From positions 239,905-303,904 of the forward strand of contig JAKMXF010000244.1 of the NCBI GenBank assembly GCA_024704765.1: DNA of 64,000 nt. The letters run 5' to 3'. The notes beneath the pieces are model-generated. The model was not told the DNA's origin, ran no database searches, and saw nothing but the letters and a program-made list of their open reading frames with translations. The translations under genes and the position numbers were made by a program. Source of the DNA: Oopsacas minuta (lineage: Eukaryota; Animalia; Porifera). How positions within the stretch are numbered: position 1 is the first letter of the stretch; every line of letters starts with the position of its first letter. Of this stretch, positions 13,451-24,460 are shown one piece after another.

Positions 13451-14768
13451 AATGAATTGCGATAGTTGTCTTTAGTATCAGACAAGAAGATCATGTGAAA
13501 ATTTCAGGGAATTAGAATTTGACAGAATTGTAAAGTATTATCTGTTTTCCGATGATGCCAAAATATTTTGCCCCCATGTATGGTGAAATCAGGATTGCCA
13601 AAATAGAATATATACATGACTTCTCATGCCGTTATACTACATCGCGGGATTATTTCTCCAAAAGTATTGCTTAATGTTGATAATGACAATAAATAGGCAT
13701 ATTCCTGATTACGTAACATTTGTAAGAGATATCCTATAGAAGTGATATATAAAGGTATGGGAAGCCGAATGACTACTATAGATTGTAGCATAGTAAATAA
13801 TTAAGGTTCTCATTGTCCCCAAATAAGGAGCATTTCTTTATAAATATTCGCCAATTAGGCAAACAGAAACGTGATCTCTATCTGAAAATTTCCACAAATG
13901 TGCCTTGTGTGAAGTTACATATGGATAGAACAGTATACAGGTCAAATGTATCAGTTGCTTTTTATCAGTGATTATAGAATTCGCTCATCAAAATATATCC
14001 ATCTCCTGTTTCTCTGGTCAAGCGAGGATTGGATCGTGAGTAGGCATTATCCTTAGTAGGCCATGGTCTAACTCTAACGTACTTAGTATCTAGCCAGGAC
14101 TCGCTGGTAGAGTAGAGTGTTAATGCATTTACTATACTGGTGGATCGCTACAGCTTAAAAACAGCGAAAATGAGAAGGAATTAGATACCATACATTAGTA
14201 AAATAGTTTGAACTGAACATGTTATCCCTTGTTGTACATGCACTAAACTGGGGACATTTTTACCCTATATATATATGTGCATGTACATCCACTACACTGG
14301 AGTCATTTTTGACCTTCTATACTAGTGCATGTACTATATAGAGAATACTTTTGACTCCATATATATTTGTACAGTATGACTGAAATAAACAGTGGCCTTT
14401 TGCAGCTATTAACGTGCCAATTTGACCCTGATTATTGTTATTCTCGATTACTATTTCATTATCGTTAATGCAATGGTAATTAGGAAATATTATTACATAA
14501 CAGGTATTGCAAAGAGTAACAAATATAAGTGCTTCTAGTATATTAAATACATTCCGAAAATACAAACATGATAGTACATATATACGACAGATAGAATAAT
14601 TGGGTCAATTAATAATACAGGAATTCCTAGAAAATAACAGAGGGTTACGTTAGATTTTATACAAAAGTAACATGTTTGTATTCTACCTATTAAGATAGTC
14701 ATTTGGAGCATATCTGACATATGATATTGGGAAGATACAAACTCAATAAAGGTGATGGACGTATTTAA

Positions 14769-15845
14769 TCGTGACTTTCGTTATTAGAGGCTTTCTACTA
14801 TTCGAAACTATAGATTACTTGAAGTCCGTTAAGTTCGATAGGCAATAAAGTTAGTAACGAAAATGAAATAATGGTGCATTTTTGCCCGAATAAATGTCAT
14901 ATTGGTCATAAAAGTTCACACAAGCCATGTTATCAGATAGGCCCCAGGTAGAAATGACGTCATCTGATTGGCTAAAACGGGAAAATGTTATGAAACTGGA
15001 ACATTGTTGCAGCTCTGTGAAATGATCGACATCGCTTCGTTCGACTCTAGAATTAAAACCAATTGATTCAAGGATCTTCCCATAAATACACCAAAATTAT
15101 CAAAATGATGTTCTCAGGTCCCAGAATTATAGTAGTGACGATAGATGACACAGTTGTGCTGAATATTCACGTATAACTTGACAACTTTTAATGTTAAGGC
15201 CAATCATCTTGCAAACACATGGTATAAACTCGACTTCAAATGCTATGATAATACTTCTCATATGATATCTCTAACGATTATGATCCAATCTTGAAAATGA
15301 CCATACATGGTATTAATGAAGACCGTGCTAAAGTCCTTGGGCACATCATATCGAAATGTATCATCATGTTATGCGAAGTCGGCAATTCACTACATGATTG
15401 CAAGATGAACGGCTATAAGTCCATAACATTAAAGGTTGTCAAGTCATAGGTGAATATTAGCAGGAATGTGTCATCAATGGTCACTACCATTACTATGGAA
15501 CTTGAGAACATAATTTTAGCAAATTTTGATATTTTGTATGAATATATATCAGGGGGAATTCTAGAGTCGAAGAAGAGAAATTGATTATTCCATAGTGCTT
15601 GAAAATATCACATTTTTGGCAACAAATTCACGTTTTAGCCAATAAAATTACGTAATTTGGACCTCATCGTAAGACATTGCTTGTGTTATTTATTATCTAA
15701 CAACAACACATTTATTCGGGCCAAGAAGCACCAATTTTGTATCTTCACGAAAATACCATTGCCTATCAAATTTGATGGACTTCAATTAATCAAGGGTCTA
15801 AGAGTTTATGATCAGTGGTATGGCCTGAAATAACGAAGGTCATGA
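14769..15845. mobile_element. Unclassified non-autonomous TIR element, copy 2
   Basis: Ends TCGTGACTTTCGTTAT and ATAACGAAGGTCATGA. Same orientation as, and collinear with, 10550-11509. A similar terminal motif appears near 26291-26306. Confidence 0.72.
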
Positions 15846-17099
15846 TTTGATATATTAAAGAGGGCGCCTCGCTTGTAGCGGTCGCTACACAACAGCTTAG
15901 TTTCAGGGTTAGCTTAAGTATTTAACGACACAATTATATAATGTTATTAGTCGACACGCGACAGAATATACTCAGCACTACGAGCCTTGACATCATAGGA
16001 TAGTTTAAGTTAATGATTATATTATCCATGGTCCATTGAAATTACACTCAAAGGATTCTGTAATGAGGCAGGATATGCCATACCACTTTGGTTAGTAATC
16101 TCGGCACTTCGTGCTTCTAGTATTAAGAACTCTGAAATTTTTGATATTATAACAGTTATGTAACAATCTCATGTTGAGTTTGCATTTGGTCAGAATTAGT
16201 CAAATTGAGGGGTACCCTGTGATTTCATTTCAAACTTCTACCATATTCCATGAGCAATGGTTAATAAAATTAATAGTATAGATTATTGACAAAGAATTGT
16301 GAAACAATCCCAATCTAACTGCTTTGTGACGAAATAGCGAATAGTCGAGGGAAAGTGTCGCAAACTACGAACAAGATACGGATATATTATCTGCGAATAG
16401 TAGAGTCAACCCCTTGAACGAAAAATCAGGAATGCGAAGGCTTAAGAGTTGTCAGTTGAATATAATAGCAACGTAGGAATTATAGAATATGTCAACCATA
16501 GATTATCATAAAAATATCTTGTGAATCCTTGTTCGACGCAGCATGACTATTTGACTCTAGTTATCTACTTATCAATCCACTAGAAGACCATTTAACAAGA
16601 TGTAAATATCCGGGATTTTCATCTTAAATCCCTGGATCATGTTTGGAAGGAGATTATCCAATTCCATCCAATGGAAATTCTTTTACAAAATTGGCACTTG
16701 AAAAAATGTGCTTTGAAGAGGTTCCAGGATCAGAAATTTTGAACCCAATCATATTTGAAGAGCATAAGTCTAAATTATCCCGTAAAAGCAAAAACTCAAT
16801 GCTAGCACAATTTCTATGGGATTTTTTTATGATCAATATTACTGCAATTTAATAAATAGATGTGGGCTTCAAAACTTAGATTATGTTTTCCGATACTATT
16901 TATCTAAAATATAGAAAGTTGAAGATAATAAGTATACAATAATTAGTTACGATAGCATATACCAAACTGCCATTATAAACAATTCACCGACATCCACATG
17001 ACATAACAATAATATACACAGTCCTTGGCCGTTTGATACTCAAGGAGCTATATCATATATCTATTCAGTCTCAGATGCATTAATGTCCACTCAAGGTGT

Positions 17100-17420
17100 T
17101 TGAGTACCTAAGAGACCTTGCAGTAGAAAAGATATGCCCAAAAGATCACCAACACTAACCAAGATTTTCTCTAGTGCGAGAACCGGTCTTTGCAGAAATT
17201 CCAGGTGAAGAATGTAAATTTTTGGGCTAAATCACATCATTTCTTTACTAATAATTTAATCAATGATGGTCAATGTGGTTATCGTCACAACAGACCATGT
17301 ATGTCAAGTTGCTAGAGGTGCTAGTTTCTTGGACCCTGTCCATTGATTAAAATTTACCCATTGATGTTATCTATATTGACTGCGAGAAGGCGTTTGATAA
17401 AGTCCAACACAATTTGTTAT
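17100..17420 (+). mobile_element. CR1/L2-type LINE reverse transcriptase fragment
   Basis: Frameshifted pieces NNLINDGQCGYRHNRPC (QHGFR..RSC motif) and NLPIDVIYIDCEKAFDKVQHNLLL (VDVIYLDFSKAFDKVPH motif). Confidence 0.8.
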
Positions 17421-18817
17421 TAGACAGATGAGGTAAATGTTTAGGCGCTAACGACCATACTTCGCTACCAAAACACAAAACGCCTAAAAGCATGTTACAT
17501 CATCAGTACCAGAATAGTCATAATCATACTTTCTAACAACTTGACCACAGTCGAACTCAAGGAAACTGGTCTATAATTACTCGTAATCGATCTGGGGCCT
17601 TTTTGGAAAATGGGGATTAAGTTAGCCAGTTTCCAACTACAGGGTAGGATTCCATGCATGAGACTTTGAGTAAATAATAAATAAAGGTTTGTAACAATTT
17701 AGAATAATTCCTTAAAGGTTTGGGTTGAATACTATCTGGACCTGGAGATTTGGTTATGTTCAAAGGCACAAGTTGCAGTAAACCATTCTTCCCCGATTAG
17801 TACATCATCTAAATGGTTAACAGTGGAAATAACAACCGGTTCAATATATGTTCCTCTATCCATTGGTTGAATAAACACAGATGCAAAGTAGCCTAAAAAT
17901 ATATTTGCAGATTCCGTTTCCGACCCCATTTCCCCACTGTCACCTATCAGAGATATACCTTTTGTTACATCCAATCCTTGATACTTGGCATAGCTGAATA
18001 ACGCTTTAAAATACTTGAGTGAATGTAGACTACGTGCAAACTTATCTTCACACCCTTTCATCAGCTCGATTGCAAATTTAGCTACTTTCCTCAAAGCTTG
18101 CTTATGATTTTTCCAGGTGGAATAGGAAGGGTTGTTTCTATATACCAACCACAAGTACCTTTTATCCTCTACTGCTGATTTAAAGATAGGATTGCTCAGA
18201 TAAGCAAACCTATTCTAGCATTACTTTCTTTATAGGCACACTCAAAATGATGCTTTCATACCTCTGACCAAAATTTCTCCACAGGCAATCAACTGACTTG
18301 TTATGATTGAACATCTCTTTCTAACTATCCCTGGCTTTAGTAACATCATCTTCCTCTTTTAATCATACATATACATTTAAAGGACAAAAGCATTCGACCA
18401 CTTACTGTATATAGTACTAAGTATATCAAACTAAAATCTAATCACTCTAATGTATAAAATAACTATTACAAGATTCATCTATGTAGACTGAGAGATATAA
18501 ATGTATAAGAATATCTTAGTTACATGAGCGAATAAGAATATAACAAAATATTTGCAATTCAGAAATGGTCGAATAGTTTTGTCCCTTAACCGTACATAGT
18601 TTTGGAGTGTTTCACATAACTTTAAAATTTCAAAATTAGAACATTATGATAACTACCACATAGAGGGGATAAAATCTAAGATTAAAAACACATGACTCTT
18701 CATTAAAAATATAAGATCAACTAAACTAGCTACACATTCGCTATGCCTCGTAGTATCTTGTACATGTTGATACAAATAAGGTTCACTTACCAGATCTAGT
18801 AAAGTCTCAGACTCCTG

Positions 18818-19599
18818 GGGCCTTATTAACTAAAAATTCTAAGAATTATTCTTAACTTAATTCTAAGTGTATTTCTAAGAATAATTCTAAGAATTCATGA
18901 ATATTCTTAGTTTTTGTTAAGAATTCTTACTTGGCTATACTCAACGGATTCTTAGAATAATTCTTAGAATTAAGCAATTCTAAGAAAAATTCTTAGAATT
19001 GGGTAATTCTACGAAAAATTCTTAGAATTGGGTAATTCTACTTGATTGATTCTTGCTATTGATTAATAAAATTTATGCCAATTCATTCGACTTCAATCGC
19101 TTTTTGAGAAGATATGCGCATAGTAGAAAATAAGATCCTTCTACTTGTATACTTCATTTATCATTAATGAGATAATTGCCCCACCCAATAGCGGGTATTA
19201 CAACATGTGGATATGATAATCAAACATATTGTCTTAAGCGATGAACAATCTTCTTTGTAAATAAATGCGTATTGATTATGACTTCATAGAAAAGTAAAAT
19301 AAATTATAAGTTAAGTGTCCTCTTTACCTCACTAAATATTTTTCTTAGAATACGACTCAATTCTTAGAATTATTCTAAGAATTGAGTCGTATTCTAAGAA
19401 TTTGACTTAAATTAAGCAAAATTCTAAGAATTTGACTTAAGAATTTTAGTTAATACCACTTTTATAAATTCTAAGAATAAGACTTAAGTGTTGGGAAATT
19501 CTAAGAATTATTCTAAGAAATAGTCTAATTCTAAGAATTTGACTTAAAGTTAAGCAAAATTCTAAGAATTTGACTAAAAAATTTTAGTTAATAAGGCCC
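18818..19599. mobile_element. Harbinger/PIF-like MITE (782 bp) built from AATTCTAAGAA/TTCTTAGAATT units
   Basis: TIRs GGGCCTTATTAACTAAAA and TTTTAGTTAATAAGGCCC, with flanks CTCCTG (left) and CAGGAG (right). It interrupts the CR1 endonuclease. Superfamily is inferred from GGGC termini and the CWG-type site. Confidence 0.8.
19342..19400. repeat. Perfect 29-bp inverted repeat with 1-nt spacer
   Basis: TTCTTAGAATACGACTCAATTCTTAGAAT-T-ATTCTAAGAATTGAGTCGTATTCTAAGAA; the arms are exact reverse complements. Confidence 0.97.
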
Positions 19600-21133
19600 C
19601 AGGAGAACAAGACAAAAAAGCAGCTGTGCTATTTGTGATCCAATTTACACCCGGCAAGTTGAAATCTCCCATTAATAGAATTTCAATACCGGAAAGAGAA
19701 CTTAAAGTTTCACATAAAATATAGGTATCGCCTTGGGATAGATTGTAGGTTTATAAACCACAGACTACACACAAACTTCAATTTCTGTTATTGATGACCA
19801 TTTTAACAATAACCACATCTAACCCACGTTCAGAAGTAGATTTACTAATTGAGTTTTGCTTAAAAGACACTTATTCAAACATATAGCGACTCCACCACCT
19901 TTCCGATGCCTCCTCGTACTAGAATAACCCTCATTACCAGTAAAGTGCACTTCCTTATCTGAGCTAAATCAAGTTTCTGTTAACGCAACCAAATTTGCCC
20001 TCTATTGCAATAAGATGTGTCCCATTTCCATTCTTTTATTACAAAGGGACCTTGAATTGGCATAGACAACATCCAAACACTGGATTTTCAAAAGTCATTC
20101 CCTGTGGAATCCAAATTCACAAAATTATAACTAAACTTCTGTGGTACATTTACGGGAAAGAGTACTTCTAAATGATCAATCAAACCAAAAGAGTTTTTGA
20201 CTTGAAAGGCTCCCCAAATACTCTCAATCCCTTTTAGCGATGGATTCGACAATAGAATCACCTTTTCTGGTCCACTTCTTATCGGGTTCGCTAGATATCT
20301 TATTTATGAATTCTGCCACAGGTATTTTTGTCTATGTATTTCCTTGATAGTTAGATCTGTTTTAGGTATACCCTATAAAGTCTGGGATGTTTTTCTGCTT
20401 GTACGAGTTAGCTATTAATCTTTGTCTAAGGAAAGTAGAGTTTAATTCAATTCTAGCTTGTCTGGGCTTGCCTTAATCGCCTACTCTTCCAAACTGACAT
20501 ATATATAATATTTTAGGTGTTAACTGAAACTTCTTCGCTATTGATAGCAAAACTTTGGAACATTTAGGGAGCTCAACATCGGACATACCACATAAGATTA
20601 GGTTATTTTTCCATGACTGTATACCATTTTCTTCCTCAATAGCGTGTCTTCTATTAACCTCTTCTTCTTTCAGGATCGTTCTCAAATTGTCACTAGTATC
20701 TCCTTTCCCCGGTGATTCAAGGTAAGATTTTATAGTTGAACGATTATCGGCATTTCATTTAAACCTTTTTCGACCTTGCTAGCATATTTGATAATGTTGC
20801 CAGATGAACTCATCATATTGGCATGAACTCTCAATTTCCTACTTCCAAGAATTAGTCTAGGATACTTCCCTGCCTCTAGCACTCAGAATGATGAGTTTCA
20901 GCTTTGAGTTGCTGAAATAGTCTAAAGAATCCTTACAAGCCCCTTCCAGTGAGTTAAGCCACTTAGACAACTTGTCGACAGCATAATCTCTTGAAATGGG
21001 GAATTTAATAAAGAGAGAGCTATTTTACCTAAAATTTCGCTTCTTTGAAGCTGACATCGTATGATAGATTAGTAATTATCTAACTGTAAGTTTTTTTATA
21101 TGAAAGTTTGTAGAAGTTATAAAGTCTAACCTG

Positions 21134-21205
21134 GGGATGGAATCTAGAGTATGCCAATATTTGGTGATTATAACCAAATATTGGCATAATCAAGATTCCA
21201 TGCCC
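21134..21205. mobile_element. 72-bp Harbinger-like mini-MITE; 88-nt hairpin when flanks are included (21126-21213)
   Basis: GGG-ATGGAATCT...TATGCCAATATTTGGT-GATTATA-ACCAAATATTGGCATA...AGATTCCATGCCC, with flanks CTAACCTG and CAGGTTAG. Confidence 0.7.
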
Positions 21206-22614
21206 CAGGTTAGTCAATAATTAAAATTGAATATTCTATAGACAAACATCCTTAGTCCACATGATGAATTCTGGAATTTAACACAGAATAGTGATGGTTT
21301 AGCAGAGCTCTAAAAACTAGGCCCAGCACTATTATTCAAAAATTATGGCGTTATTCAGAACTAGAAATAACCTGGCTTGTGTACAATATTCATTATTTAT
21401 AAATTATACATTTGGTTAAGGAAAGAGCATCGTACAAACTTTTGAAATTATTTGTTGCTTAAAGCATTTATTCTATACATAAGGCAATAATGCGCATAAC
21501 AGAAAATTGGACTAGGGATAATGAGTTAATTGAAATAAATACAAACATATAGAAATCTATTTTGTCTCGATAATATCTAATGGTGCATTTTTTGGAGGAT
21601 ATGTAATATTGTTACTTGAGAATACACAAATAGTTAGGAGTCTCTCCCTGAGATTTCCAATGGGATTGCTAATAATTCCTTTGGGGATGATAGCAACTCA
21701 AATGATTTAGACGTTGCGGCACACCAGTTAATCGAGGGTAGGAAATGGGGTCGCGGATAGTAGCCAAGGGATTTCTAAAAATCCTAGCAACCCGTAGCAA
21801 CCACTATGAAAGGGCAAAGTCTATACCTTTCATAGACTACTTAAAATTATTGACTATTGAGACTTAATCTTCAGTCTTACTATATATTCATAAAAACAAC
21901 AAACAAATTCGCATATGATTAATTTAAAAGTGTGAAAATCGAATTCCGCATATTCAATATATTATATTGAATTCTATTACTTTCTTGATTACCGATAAAT
22001 ACATAGTTATCAGGACTGCGAAATTCTTATTCTTATGACACACCAGAAATCCTTCCCTTGCCTACGAACATACAAACAAACAACAATTGAGATATAATAA
22101 TATAGATTAATGTAGAAATTTGCCATTCTTGAAGCACAGTCAGATATATTGAAGTCTTAGTCCATTGAAAATTTAGACTTCCAGGCCCTATACAATTGTG
22201 AATAAGAATAAATGAATATCTTTTCTGACAAGAACATAAAAACATTGCCTGGTTCTCATTGGAAAGTCTGTATAAGCATGCTGAACGGGTTGAATATGAT
22301 CATTATATCCATTATGTATACTACACTGGTTGTAGTATTACTAGGTCAGCGAGAATATTGGTCTAAGTGCAGTAGTATTGAAATTATTACACATTTCTAG
22401 AGTAGTTTGAATCTTGACATTGGATTAGTGTGAGTAATGCTTCTGGTTGTTGAAGAGATGTTTTCTAGCTGGTAGCTATACATTCTAGCGAATGGTAGCG
22501 ATAGAAGGTGTATTGATGAGATACTTAGAGGATATGTGTCGTAGGGTGGGGCTATAGATTTTATGTACCCGTACAGGGGTATGTTTAAGAATCCGACAAT
22601 TAATTGGCATAATG

Positions 22615-24460
22615 CGGTGGTTTTCAAACCTATTTGGCCTTCCCCCCTTTATCTCCAAATAATAGCAAAGTTAGTTTTAAGAATTCAAATTTACTGAAAT
22701 TAAGGCGAACGTTGTAATTGCATATTAGATACTAATATTTCAATATCTGGACTATAACTTGATCTGATATCACTGAATCTGCTCTGAAGTCAAGCTGCCT
22801 GCAGGGTTTTGGCCTAAGAAAATTTGAAGAAGAAAATGTTTTCTCACAAAGATATGCTGTTGAAAATGGAACAAAGCAATCTTTCAGCATTTTTGAAAAG
22901 ATTTGGTACTACCCCTTCACTAAATCCAGCACTTAGTTTTGTTAGCACAAGAATATTTAGTTTTTGCCCCCTCATTTGCCTGTAAATATAACAACTCCTC
23001 TGCTAGTATGTTGTTTAAGTCCATCCCATCTCCCAGTGACATATCCATCGGGGTTAGCAGGTATTTAGGGGTTGATGGAACGTCCGAAAAGCGATTGGAA
23101 GGATCAGTAACTAGATTCATCAAATGTTCTTCGACAAGAGGAGTAAATTTAACTCCAAAATGTGGTTAAAGAGAAATAATTGCTTCTACACGTGGGAACA
23201 TGTCCCATTGGTTGCTCAGTATGAGTAAACGAAAGATTTTGAACTGATTTTGAAATGTAGACACAATTTCTAAAGCCGCTTGAAGAAAAATCCCATCTGC
23301 CTGTAACCTAAGATTACTAAGACTATCGTAAGAGAAGATTTCAGTAATAGAAATGAATTTCACTATGAAATAGATCGATGAGAACTCTTCTGTCTTGAAG
23401 AAATGTTTCTCATCTAGAATTTCACATAACTAATCATAAATTAATATACTCGTTCAAGAGCTTTTCTTCTACTAATCCAGCGAACTGCTGTGTGGAAAAG
23501 GAGTACGTCCTGTTCTGGTTCCTAATTTTCACATAGTTTTCTTAATACACGTTCGTTCAAGGGACTTGATTTAACAAAGTTCACAACTTTGTTGACAAGG
23601 TTAAGTGTTACATGAAGTTCAGGCTTGAGATTTTTAGCAGCTAACGCCTGTTTATGAAGCATACAATGGATAAAACTGCACTGTGGGACTTCCATTTTAA
23701 AATATCCCCTGAATCCAGTGCCTCTACCAGTCATATTTCGAGCTCCATCTGTGCTAACACAAACAACTTGGCATAAACTAATCTGATGTGAACCAAAATA
23801 GGATCTAACCATCTTGAAGATATCTTGTTCAGTGCAACGACATTCAAAATAATCAACTAAAAGCAATTCTTCCTTAATGCAATCGTTATTGATGAAACGG
23901 ATACAGACAATAAGAGTAGTGTCTGCTCCAAATGTTGACTCATCTAATTGACTGCTGATAGGAATATCATTTATAAGCCGAATCAATTTATCTTCTAAAT
24001 TCTGTGAAATTTCACTAATCTTCCTTTTTACTGTATCATTAGAAAACGGGATTTTGTCTAGTTTCTGAGCTACCGCACTTCCCAAAAGCATGCTTGACAC
24101 AAGCCAACAGTGAAGGTTTTATTAGAGTTTCTGCATCTGTGTGAGGTTTTTTAAGCTTTGTGACTAGAAAAGATATTTCATAGGATGCCAAAGTATAACA
24201 TTTCAAATCGGTAGACTGAGTGAAGAGAGAAAACGATTTCTGTTCATTCAAATAAACTTTCTTTTTCTGCGAAAAGTACTCTATTGGCTGCCCACCTCTG
24301 TGGATGTTTTGAAAATTGATGCGCCTCCAAATGATGAGGTCTCATAGAATCATCCGCCAAGCAAAAAGGTTTTTATTCGTCTGGACTAGAAATGAATCCA
24401 AACTTCGGATAAGAGGGATCATAAGGTTGAATTCTGCGTTTTGCATTTGGTTCGGATATA
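22615..24460 (-). mobile_element. hAT Buster/Charlie-type transposon, near-full-length decayed transposase
   Basis: Motifs in order on the minus strand: YDPSYPKFGF, LADDSMRP, HTDAETLIKP, QLDEST, VSTDGARNMTG, HCMLHKQALAAK, LLFHTAVRWISR, PFSTAYLCEKTFS. A TIR-like CGGTGGTTTTCAAACC lies at 22615; the opposite TIR was not found. Confidence 0.9.

Larger units (their letters stand above)
17430..21000 (-). mobile_element. CR1-type LINE, decayed and 3'-truncated; ORF1, endonuclease and start of RT; split by a MITE
   Basis: ORF1-like WKNNLILCGM, endonuclease RKGGGVAI and LMGDFNLPGVNW, then LLDLV...YQHVQDTTR after the MITE, the linker ORF at 17732-18154 (ANIFLGYFASVF), and RT NYRPVSLSSTVVKLLE. Confidence 0.88.

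Noticed and set aside
14090-14160. tRNA/SINE-like A-box (TGGTAGAGTAG)
   Set aside because: There is no B-box, cloverleaf or TSD.
15869-15977. Short motif pair shared with 25981-26079 (TCGCTTG..GGTCGCTAC ... GAATATACTCAGCA)
   Set aside because: It is probably a real small repeat, but the boundaries and class cannot be defined from two degenerate copies.
18818-19599. Recurring AATTCTAAGAA units as a CRISPR array
   Set aside because: The units occur in both orientations, lack unique regularly sized spacers, sit between TIRs in a eukaryotic intron, and have no cas genes nearby.
21020-21045. AG|GT motifs on the minus strand (e.g. TTTTAG|GTAAAA near 21029, CTTAG|GTAAGA near 55595) as recursive splice sites
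   Set aside because: The polypyrimidine tracts are weak and such matches are expected by chance in AT-rich DNA. Nascent-RNA sawtooth data would be needed.
22030-22600. Possible LINE RT C-terminal relic on the minus strand
   Set aside because: The resemblance is only vague (LRP...VQHAYT) amid many stops, which is too weak to call.
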